DNA of 29,110 bases, taken from assembly GCA_035636335.1 (NCBI GenBank), contig DASPZH010000029.1, positions 1 through 29,110 on the forward strand, read 5' to 3'. Below the pieces are notes generated by a model, which made no database searches, was not told the DNA's origin, and was given only the letters and a program-made list of their open reading frames with translations. Positions 20,546 through 28,379 of the stretch are shown one piece after another. This DNA comes from Streptosporangiaceae bacterium. Its GTDB lineage: Bacteria > Actinomycetota > Actinomycetes > Streptosporangiales > Streptosporangiaceae. How positions within the stretch are numbered: the stretch's first letter is position 1; every line of letters begins with the position of its first letter. The translations under genes and the position numbers were made by a program.

Positions 20546-21244
20546 TCAGCGGGGGCGCCTGCCCACGTGCACGGCGACGACGCCGAGGGTGAGGTTGCGC
20601 CACCGCACGGCCGACCACCCGGCGGCGCGGAGCCGCCCGGCGAGTTCCTCCTGGGCCGGCCAACCGCTGATCGACTCGGCCAGGTAGGAGTAGGCCGGCG
20701 CGTTGGGTGACAGCCTGCGCGCCACCCGCGGCAGCGCCGTCGCCAGGTAGCGCTGGTACAAGGCGTCCAGCGGGGGGGCGGGCAGGTGGCTGAACTCGCA
20801 GATCACCAGCCTGCCGCCGGGCCGGGTGACGCGCAGCATCTCGGCGAGCGCGGCGTCGGGGTCGGCCACGTTGCGCAGCCCGAACGAGATCGTCACCACG
20901 TCGAACGCCTCGTCCGCGAACGGGAGCGCCATCGCGTCGCCGGCCGCGAAGCTGACCAGCCCGGCCTGCCTGGTCGCGCCGACGCGCAGCATGCCCTGGG
21001 AGAAGTCGCAGGCCACGCACCGGGCGCCCGACCCGGTGAACGCGCGCGCGGAGGTCGCGGTCCCCGCGGCGACGTCCAGCACCGTGTCGCCGGGACCCGC
21101 CCCGACCACGCGCGCGACGCGCGCCCGCCAGCGCCGGTCCTGGCCGAACGACAGCACGTCGTTGAGCAGGTCGTAGCGCTCGGCGACGGCGTCGAACATC
21201 GCGGCCACGTCGGCGGGCCGCTTGTCCAGCTCGGCACGGGTCAT
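20546..21244 (-). CDS. menG: Demethylmenaquinone methyltransferase (UbiE/MenG family)
   Basis: [54 protein letters not shown]. Confidence 0.95.
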   Translation of the reverse strand: MTRAELDKRPADVAAMFDAVAERYDLLNDVLSFGQDRRWRARVARVVGAGPGDTVLDVAAGTATSARAFTGSGARCVACDFSQGMLRVGATRQAGLVSFAAGDAMALPFADEAFDVVTISFGLRNVADPDAALAEMLRVTRPGGRLVICEFSHLPAPPLDALYQRYLATALPRVARRLSPNAPAYSYLAESISGWPAQEELAGRLRAAGWSAVRWRNLTLGVVAVHVGRRPR

Positions 21245-21251
21245 GGCACCC

Positions 21252-21260
21252 AGCGTGACA
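21252..21260 (-). promoter_or_regulatory. Extended -10 for a probable leaderless menG mRNA
   Basis: TGT-CACGCT lies 7 nt upstream of the ATG, and there is no Shine-Dalgarno sequence. Confidence 0.45.
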
Positions 21261-21409
21261 CAGGCACGGCGCGGCGCGAGTGTGCGGGGCCGGACCTCGT
21301 CGGATGCCCGCGGGACGGCGTGACGTCACGGCGGCGTGACGGTCCGCAGTCGGCCAGATACCTGGCGCAACCACTTCAGATGGCGACCGCGGGCCGACAG
21401 GGAGCGATC

Positions 21410-21660
21410 CGGCCAATAGCAAGAAAGAATGCCGTCGCAATCTCGCGACAATGCAGGTCGGAGTGGCGGCTGGCGCAATTAGCACCATACTGCCCGGACG
21501 CTTCATTAGTCATGCGTATCTTTCTTTTTGAATTGTCCGGCAATTCTTGTAAACCGCTTATGAAGCGATGGCGTCTTGGTATACGTAACGCATTCAGGCG
21601 CCGCCTGAGGTTATCCGATGTTTTGGATGCCACGGCGCGCGAGCGTCTAATTACCGCCGC
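21410..21660. promoter_or_regulatory. AT-rich, palindrome-dense intergenic regulatory island
   Basis: 21481-21600 has 56/120 G+C by hand count (about 47%). Inverted repeats occur at 21434-21449, 21530-21546, 21555-21567 and 21594-21608. Confidence 0.6.
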
Positions 21661-21785
21661 TCGTGTACCAGAAACAGCCATTCTCAGATAACCGAACGGC
21701 GCGCCTGGAGAAAGCGCACAACAACGCGTACACGCCACTGCCCTGGACCGCCAGAGGCAGCCTGGCCGGCAACCAAGGAGAGTTC

Positions 21786-22484
21786 ATGCGCAAGATCATC
21801 ACCACGCTCAGCGCGGCAGCGGCCGTGCTCACGCTCGGGTCGGCGGCGGCCCAGGCCTCGGTCGCCGTGGTCACGCCCGACGCCACTCCGGCCTGCGGAT
21901 CGCAGTGTTTCGACCTGTCCAGCCTGGAACTCGGCCCGCACACGATCCAGAATGCGTACATCAAGGGGGACAACGGGATCGGCGGCCTGGTGGGCAAGCG
22001 GCTCAACCTGCGGCACGCCAGCAATAGCCGCCCGAATGAGGACTTCACCGGCGCGAAGGTCGGCACTCTCGGCAACTACTGCGGGAGCCTCATCTCGGCC
22101 ACGTCCTATGTCTGCGTGAATTACCCCTCCGGCTACCCGGTCTTCGAATCGGACTGGTCCCCGTTCGGCAACCAGTCGGCGCTGTGCGCGGGCATCGCAC
22201 TGCGCAATGTCGCCGACCAGAACGTGACGCTGCAGAACTGCGGCGAGTCGGCGCGCACCATGTGGGTCGGCGACCTGGCCGACGCGATCGTGCACGATGG
22301 CCGGACCTACACGCCGTGGGTGAACGCCTCCGACCCGAACTTCAGCCACCCTCTGGTGCTGACCGTGGATGCGGGCACCTTCCTGCCGGAGAACCAGCTG
22401 AAGGTCGAGCGCCTGGCCCTGCTGAACGGGCAGACGGTCAAGGACTCGCAGGAGTTCGCGCTGGCGTTCGGGCCGGCCGCCTGA
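21786..22484 (+). CDS. Secreted 232-aa protein, possible ricin-B/beta-trefoil lectin-like fold
   Basis: AAGGAG RBS; Sec signal MRKIITTLSAAAAVLTLGSAAAQA; 6 Cys; LCAGI..VTLQNC..RTMW resembles a ricin-B subdomain. The CDS call is firm, the fold is tentative. Confidence 0.7.
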   Translation: MRKIITTLSAAAAVLTLGSAAAQASVAVVTPDATPACGSQCFDLSSLELGPHTIQNAYIKGDNGIGGLVGKRLNLRHASNSRPNEDFTGAKVGTLGNYCGSLISATSYVCVNYPSGYPVFESDWSPFGNQSALCAGIALRNVADQNVTLQNCGESARTMWVGDLADAIVHDGRTYTPWVNASDPNFSHPLVLTVDAGTFLPENQLKVERLALLNGQTVKDSQEFALAFGPAA

Positions 22485-22515
22485 CCCGGGCTCGTCTCGT
22501 CCCATCCCCCGCGCT

Positions 22516-22547
22516 TGCGGCCGGGGTCCGCGCGGACCCCGGCCGCA
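22516..22547. terminator. Perfect 32-bp palindrome between convergent genes, probable bidirectional terminator
   Basis: TGCGGCCGGGGTCCGC/GCGGACCCCGGCCGCA; no U-tract. Confidence 0.75.
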
Positions 22548-22601
22548 GTGCTGTCCGAGTGCTGTCCGCGCGCCGTCCGCGCGCCGTCCGGGCACCGTCA
22601 C
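22547..22601. repeat. Five degenerate 11-bp tandem units after the peptidase stop
   Basis: AGTGCTGTCCG x2, CGCGCCGTCCG x2, GGCACCGTCAC. Confidence 0.8.
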
Positions 22602-22607
22602 CAGCGC

Positions 22608-24668
22608 TCACAGCAGGTCCGGGCGGCGCCAGTCCTGGCCGAGCACGTGCTCCGCGAGGAAGGCGAAGATCGTCTCGTACCAGACCCCGACGTCGCCCGG
22701 CTTGAGTATCCAGTGGTTCTCGTCGGGGAAGTACAGGAACCTGGCCTGCTTGCCCAGGCCGGACAGTTCCGCGTACATCCGCAGCGCCTCGCATACCGGC
22801 ACCCGGTAGTCCCTGTCACCGTGGATGATCAGGATCGGCGTCTCGATGCTGGCCACGTGCAGGTGCGGCGAGCAGGCCAGGTATCGCTCTGGCTGAGTGT
22901 CGGGCCGGCCGAACATGCGCCACCAGAACGGCGGGTCGTCGGTGGTCGCGAGCATCTGGTCCAGCGCCCAGACCCCGGCGTGGCTGACGATCGCGCGGAA
23001 CCTGGTCGTGTGGCCGGCGGTCCAGTTGGCCATGTAGCCGCCGAACGAACCGCCCATCACCGCGGTCCGGCCGGCGTCGATGTCCGGCCGCGCGACCACC
23101 GTGTCGGTGATCGCCAGGACATCGGTGTACGGCTTGTCACCCCAGGTGCCGTGGCCCCTGGCGATGAAGTCCTGGCCGTAGCCGGTCGACAGCGCCGGGT
23201 CGGGGAGCAGCACGGCGTAGCCGCGCGCGGCCATCAGCCATGGGTTCCAGCGCCATGACCACGAGTTCCAGCTCGTCACGGGCCCGCCGTGCACCCACAG
23301 CAGCAGCGGCGCCCTGGTCTGCGCCGACGCGCCGTCCGGCAGCACCAGCCACCCCCTGATCGTGGCGCCGTCGGCCGCGGCCGCCGTCACCTCCTCGACC
23401 CGGCCGGGAACGTCCGCCGGCCCGCCGGGACCCGGCAGCCGGACCGGCGCGCTCGCGGTCAGCCCCGCACCCGGCGACTCGGCCAGGTCGATCCTGACCG
23501 GGGCGGGCGGCTCGGAGATCGACGCGCGCAGCGCGAACAGCGCGCGGCCGTCGGGCGCCGGGCACAGGCTCTCGTAGGCGGCGTCGTCCGTCGTGACCCT
23601 GGTGACCTGCCCGGTTCCGGTCCGCACGGCGAACACCGGGCGCCGGCCCGCGTCGGCGGCGGTGAAGAAGACGGTGGCCGAGTCGGCGGCCCACGCGGCG
23701 GACAGCGGCCGCCGGTCGAAGCCTGGCAGCAGGTCGCGCTCCCGTTCCCCGGCTCCGCCTTCGAGCGATACGCAAACCAGCGTGACGTCTCCGGGCCGCG
23801 GGTAGCTGTCATGCTCGGAGCGGATCGCCACGACGTTGCGGCCGTCGGGCGAGACCGCGGGATCGGAGTAGTCCGTGCCGCCCGCGCCGAGCAGCGTCCG
23901 CCGCTCGGACGTGGCCAGGTCGATGACCGCGAGCTCAGACCGCGTGCCGCCGGCCCTGTCTGGCACAAGCCAGCCGGTGACAGCGGCCGATCCGTCCGGG
24001 GACAGGCAGAAGGCCTGCTCGTCGAGTGCACGGCCGGGATCGGGCGTCAGGTCGCGCGGCTCAGCCGCGCTCGCGCTGTCGCCGGACTCTGCCGCCGGCT
24101 CGCCGGCCAGCAACCGCACGCAGTCTGGTCCCAGGTCATGATCCCAGTGCCTGACCGGCCCGGTCTCGTGCAGGATCGCGCTCACTCCGGCGTCGGAGCG
24201 TGCCTTGCGGCGCGCGTCGTCGTCGTCGGGTCCGCTCGTTCCGGGAAACGCCGGCGCGGCAGCCAGGTAGCGCCGCGCATCCCTCGCCGCAGTGACCGAG
24301 TTGACGCCGCCTGGCGGCGCGGCGATCCTGCGCGCCTCGCCGCCCGCGGGCAGCAGCCACACGGCTGACTTGGCAGCTTGCTCGTCCCCGGCCGTCTTGG
24401 CGCCTGGGCCTGGCCGCTTCGAGACGAAGAGCAGCGAGCCATCGGGCAGGAACGCCGGTGCGGACTCGCCCTCCGCCGACCGCGTCAGGCGCGCCGCAGG
24501 AGCCTGCCCGGTATCGATGCGCCAGATGCTCGTGACGAACTTCTTCGGCTCGGGGCCGAGCGCCTGCACGGTCGCCGCGAGCCAGCTTCCGTCCGGTGCC
24601 AGGCACACGCCGGTGACCTGGGGGATCGTGAGGTAGTCACGGAGATCGCCAAACCGAGACATCGTCAT
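22608..24668 (-). CDS. S9-family (prolyl oligopeptidase/acylaminoacyl peptidase-like) serine peptidase, cytoplasmic
   Basis: N-terminal beta-propeller repeats (SPDG), VHGGP, nucleophile GGSFGG, HGDRDYRV, DENHW triad. Start is ATG 24668 or 24662. Confidence 0.93.
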   Translation of the reverse strand: MTMSRFGDLRDYLTIPQVTGVCLAPDGSWLAATVQALGPEPKKFVTSIWRIDTGQAPAARLTRSAEGESAPAFLPDGSLLFVSKRPGPGAKTAGDEQAAKSAVWLLPAGGEARRIAAPPGGVNSVTAARDARRYLAAAPAFPGTSGPDDDDARRKARSDAGVSAILHETGPVRHWDHDLGPDCVRLLAGEPAAESGDSASAAEPRDLTPDPGRALDEQAFCLSPDGSAAVTGWLVPDRAGGTRSELAVIDLATSERRTLLGAGGTDYSDPAVSPDGRNVVAIRSEHDSYPRPGDVTLVCVSLEGGAGERERDLLPGFDRRPLSAAWAADSATVFFTAADAGRRPVFAVRTGTGQVTRVTTDDAAYESLCPAPDGRALFALRASISEPPAPVRIDLAESPGAGLTASAPVRLPGPGGPADVPGRVEEVTAAAADGATIRGWLVLPDGASAQTRAPLLLWVHGGPVTSWNSWSWRWNPWLMAARGYAVLLPDPALSTGYGQDFIARGHGTWGDKPYTDVLAITDTVVARPDIDAGRTAVMGGSFGGYMANWTAGHTTRFRAIVSHAGVWALDQMLATTDDPPFWWRMFGRPDTQPERYLACSPHLHVASIETPILIIHGDRDYRVPVCEALRMYAELSGLGKQARFLYFPDENHWILKPGDVGVWYETIFAFLAEHVLGQDWRRPDLL

Positions 24669-24839
24669 CCAGTCCGAGGCAGGCCGCGTGTCCCGGGGCC
24701 CGCCGACGGCCTGCCCGTATCTGGCCCCGCTGCTCTGGCCCCACTGCCAACGAGCGGCCGTCACTGCCTCAATCGGAGTTTCATACCCTGTACTGACATT
24801 ACACTTTCTACTGGCCTGCGACCGGTCCGCCGGTTCAGG

Positions 24840-24867
24840 GGGAACTTGTCCGGACGGGGGAACCGTT
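24840..24867 (+). promoter_or_regulatory. Candidate ECF-sigma promoter for the polysaccharide operon
   Basis: GGGAACTT-N16-CGTT; also a GGGGGAAC direct repeat at 24838 and 24856. Confidence 0.45.
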
Positions 24868-24915
24868 AATCCTTTACGGAGGCGCGGCACGACCAGCACG
24901 AGGAGTACGCACCGA

Positions 24916-26805
24916 ATGACGGACTCAGTCAGCTCGCAGCCTTACGAGCTCTCCGACTACCTGTCGGTGCTCAGGCGCAAGTGGGCGATGATCCTGGCCT
25001 GGACCGTCATCGGCGTGCTGGCGGCGGCCGCTTACCTGGTCGTGGGACCCAAGGCCTACACCGCCACGGCCTCGGTGTACGTCACCACCAACGCCGCCAA
25101 CAGCCAGGGGCTCTTGGGCAGCAAGACGACGACGGTCGTCAATATGGACAACGAGGCCCAGATCGTCATGTCGACCTCGGTGTCCAACCATGCCGTCAGA
25201 AGGCTGGACAGCAAGCTCTCGCCGACAGAACTGCTCAGGCGCGTCACGGTCACCGTTCCGGCCAACACGCAGGTCCTGCAGATTTCCTGCTCGTCCCCGT
25301 CCGCGAAAGGATCGGCGGCGTGCGCCGAGGCATTCGCCAACTCCTACCTCGACGTGCGACAGACCACCGCGACGCTGAAGGTCAAGAGCGAGATTCAGGC
25401 CGACCAGGCGAGGGAGCAGGCGCTCGAGAACCAGCTTCAGACCGTCGAGGGCAATCTCGCCCGCCTGAGTTCCGGCTCGGCGGGGTGGGTCGCGGCGCGG
25501 TCCAAGCTCGCGAACATCAGCAGCAGGCTGGCACCACTGCGGGCGGCCATCGCCTCGTTCGGCGCCTCAAACAACTACCAGGCCGGCTACATCATCACCA
25601 GGGCCATCAAGCCCACGGCGCCGAGCAGCCCGAGGAAGCTGCTCTTCGGTCCGAGCGGCCTGATGGCCGGCCTGCTGATCGGGCTCGGCCTCGCCTTCGT
25701 CACCGACCGCCGGGATGACAGGCTCCATGGTCCGGCGGATCTCGAGCGGTTCCTCAGCCTTCCCGTGCTGATCTCTTTCGGGCGCCGCCCGGCCGAATTC
25801 CGGCACGCGATCGCCTCGCCGAGAACTCCTTACGGGCGCGCGTTCACCGAGCTCTCCCGGGTGATCGGGACAGAACTCGGCGACGGAGATCACACGATTC
25901 TGGTCGTCGGCCAGGCCGACTCGAGCGTCATCGGCGCGAACCTGGCCGGCGCGCTGGCCAGGACCCAGTCAGACGTGCTGCTCGTGCTCGCCAGCTCTCA
26001 GGCCGGCCACGCGCCGATGCTGGCCCGGGCCGGCGCGGACGCGGCGCCAGGACTGGCCGCCGTCGTCGCCGGCGACGCCACGGTCAGCGAGGTCACGAGG
26101 CCATTCCCTGGCATCCGGGGGCTGCGGGTGATCACAGCGGGCGGATCCGTCGGCGCGATCGACGACCTGCCCTCGGAGGAGAGCACGCGAATGGCCGCGG
26201 AGTTCCACGTCGGCACGCGATACGTCGTCATCGCCACAGAAGCCGCCGACGGCCTCATCGGCCTGGCCGAGTTCGCCGGGACCGCGATCATCGTCGCCGA
26301 GACCGGCACAACCAGCCGCCGCGAGGTCGCCGACTGGCTGCGCTGGCTTGGCCAGATGCACACCACCGTGCTCGGTGCAATGGTCTTCCCGCCCTCCAGG
26401 CGGTCACGGAAGGCCGACAAGCGTGCCGCTAAACGGGCGTATCAGTATCGGGTGCAGCCGGGTGGCCCGCATCTTGGCGGCGCCCAGCGGGAAGGGCAGC
26501 GGCGCGGACCGCTGCCGTACGAGCCCGGGCGGCGCGAACCGCGGTCGCACGACCGGGCAGAGTCGCCGGCCCAGCCGCAGGCACCGGAATCTGCTTCCCA
26601 GCAGGCTTCCTCCGCCGGGTCCGTCCTCGAGGAGTTCAGGCGGCGCCAAGCCCGCGAACAGCAGGAACGTGACACGTCAGAGCCAGCGGCGCGTGCCGCC
26701 GGGCAGACCTGGCCGATGCCGCGCGTCCTGCTGCCCGATGCAGGAGCGGAACCGGGCTCGGAGTCGTCCTCCGGATACACCGACGCCGCCAAGGATGAGG
26801 GCTGA
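24916..26805 (+). CDS. Polysaccharide co-polymerase, Wzz/Wzc-like, with a degenerate C-terminal kinase-like domain
   Basis: LSDYLSVLRRKW N-terminus, TM1, YTATASV, coiled coil, P..P.SP and Gly-rich TM2, then a CpsD-like region lacking Walker motifs. AGGAG lies upstream of ATG 24916. Confidence 0.85.
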   Translation: MTDSVSSQPYELSDYLSVLRRKWAMILAWTVIGVLAAAAYLVVGPKAYTATASVYVTTNAANSQGLLGSKTTTVVNMDNEAQIVMSTSVSNHAVRRLDSKLSPTELLRRVTVTVPANTQVLQISCSSPSAKGSAACAEAFANSYLDVRQTTATLKVKSEIQADQAREQALENQLQTVEGNLARLSSGSAGWVAARSKLANISSRLAPLRAAIASFGASNNYQAGYIITRAIKPTAPSSPRKLLFGPSGLMAGLLIGLGLAFVTDRRDDRLHGPADLERFLSLPVLISFGRRPAEFRHAIASPRTPYGRAFTELSRVIGTELGDGDHTILVVGQADSSVIGANLAGALARTQSDVLLVLASSQAGHAPMLARAGADAAPGLAAVVAGDATVSEVTRPFPGIRGLRVITAGGSVGAIDDLPSEESTRMAAEFHVGTRYVVIATEAADGLIGLAEFAGTAIIVAETGTTSRREVADWLRWLGQMHTTVLGAMVFPPSRRSRKADKRAAKRAYQYRVQPGGPHLGGAQREGQRRGPLPYEPGRREPRSHDRAESPAQPQAPESASQQASSAGSVLEEFRRRQAREQQERDTSEPAARAAGQTWPMPRVLLPDAGAEPGSESSSGYTDAAKDEG

Positions 26806-26831
26806 CGCGATGCCGGCCTGCCGGACCGGCC

Positions 26832-28379
26832 GTGCGGGGGCGTCCCGTGGCGGTTGACTACGCCCGTGCGGCACGTGCCGCGCCGGTTACCGCCGAGATC
26901 ACGCTCCCCCTGGCCTTCACGCCGGCCCGCCCGCGCCGGTCGCTGCTCAGCCGCTGGCTCGCCCGCCATCCGGCGTGGCCGCTGACCGCCCTGCTGGCCG
27001 GGTATCCGCTCTGGTGGGCGCTCGGCGTCGCCGAGTACATGTGGGTAGTACTCGCGATCCCGGTAGCGCTGCGGATATTCGGCTGGCACATGAGCCGCAG
27101 CCGGCCGGTGCGCTTCCCGCCGGGCTTCGGAATCTGGCTGCTCTTCCTGTTGTGGACCGCCGCGAGTGTTGTCACCATTACCCTGCAGGCTCCCGGCACC
27201 GGATCAAGCTCGGTGACCAACCGCCTGATCGCCTATTCTGACCGCGGCGCGACCTACCTGGCGGTTACCGCGCTGCTGCTCTTCGTCGGTAACCTGACCG
27301 AGGACGAGCTTCCCCGGCGGAAGCTGGCCTGGCTACTGGGCCTGCTCGGCATGTACACGGTCATGTTCGGGGTGGCCGGCATTCTCCAGCCCACGTTCGA
27401 GTTCAGCTCGCCTGTGCTGTACCTCATGCCGCACCGGCTGCAGGACAACGCCCTCATCCAGGCCCAGATGCACCCGGCGCTGACCCAGTTGCAGAACGTG
27501 TTCGGCCAGGCCACCTACCAGGGGCGGCCCAAGGCACCGTACCCCTACACCAACACCTGGGGCGAGTGCCTCACCATCACGGTGCCCTGGCTGCTCGTCG
27601 GCTGGCTGCATGGCTCGCGGCGCCGGATGCGGCGCGTGCTCATTTGGCCTGCGGTCGCGCTGGCCATGATCGCGCTTGTCTACTCGCTGAATCGCGGAGC
27701 CTGGATCGCGACCGGACTGGGCGTGGCCTACGTGGCGGTGCGGCTCGCCATGCGAGGACGGGTCGCGCTGATCACCGGACTGGCTGCGCTGCTGGTCATG
27801 CTGGTGATCGTCGGCCTGGTCAGCCCGCTCGGCAATATCATCGGCCAGCGGCTGCAGAACGGCCAGAGCGATCCGATCAGGGCGGCACTCTTCTCGCTGT
27901 CGATCAAGGACGGGCTGTCGTCGCCGGTGCTCGGCTATGGGGACACCAGGCAGCAAGTCGGCAGCATCAACTCGATCGCGATCGGCCCGACCCCTGACTG
28001 TCCCCTGTGCGGCCACGCCGAGGTGGGCAGCACCGGGCAGTTCTCGCTGGTTCTCATCTGCACGGGCTTCGTCGGAGTGTTCTGCTATTTCGGGTTCTTC
28101 GGCTATCTCGGCTGGCGTTACCGGCGCGACCCGACCCCGTATGGCTGGGTGGGACTGCTGGTGATCTTGCTGTCATTCGTCTACATGTTCACCTATGACG
28201 CCCTGGCGGCCCCGATCGGCGTGACGATGCTCTCCTGCGGGCTGCTCTGGCGTAACGACAGGCAGCGGCGTCTCGATGCGGGACTCGCGGGCGATCAGAT
28301 GCCGCGGCCTCTGGCGTTGGCGAGCCGCACGATCGCGGGGGCGGACACGGCGCCGGCCGCGACGGCCAGGGCCAGGTAG
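26832..28379 (+). CDS. Wzy polymerase / O-antigen-ligase-family membrane protein
   Basis: About 10-12 TM segments, RPKAPYPYTNTWG, SLNRG, GYG loop; follows the co-polymerase. Start is GTG 26832 or 26847. Confidence 0.82.
   Translation: MRGRPVAVDYARAARAAPVTAEITLPLAFTPARPRRSLLSRWLARHPAWPLTALLAGYPLWWALGVAEYMWVVLAIPVALRIFGWHMSRSRPVRFPPGFGIWLLFLLWTAASVVTITLQAPGTGSSSVTNRLIAYSDRGATYLAVTALLLFVGNLTEDELPRRKLAWLLGLLGMYTVMFGVAGILQPTFEFSSPVLYLMPHRLQDNALIQAQMHPALTQLQNVFGQATYQGRPKAPYPYTNTWGECLTITVPWLLVGWLHGSRRRMRRVLIWPAVALAMIALVYSLNRGAWIATGLGVAYVAVRLAMRGRVALITGLAALLVMLVIVGLVSPLGNIIGQRLQNGQSDPIRAALFSLSIKDGLSSPVLGYGDTRQQVGSINSIAIGPTPDCPLCGHAEVGSTGQFSLVLICTGFVGVFCYFGFFGYLGWRYRRDPTPYGWVGLLVILLSFVYMFTYDALAAPIGVTMLSCGLLWRNDRQRRLDAGLAGDQMPRPLALASRTIAGADTAPAATARAR

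Noticed and set aside
21376-21738. 120-aa minus-strand ORF across the AT-rich region
   Set aside because: Codon usage is not GC3-biased, there is no RBS and no recognisable domain; Ribo-seq would be needed to rescue it.
21245-21785. Known riboswitch (e.g. c-di-AMP) upstream of the secreted protein
   Set aside because: I could not find the conserved motifs by eye; an Rfam/Infernal search would be decisive.
21245-22607. Mobile element or integration scar around the secreted-protein gene
   Set aside because: No transposase, integrase, matching terminal repeats or target duplication was seen.
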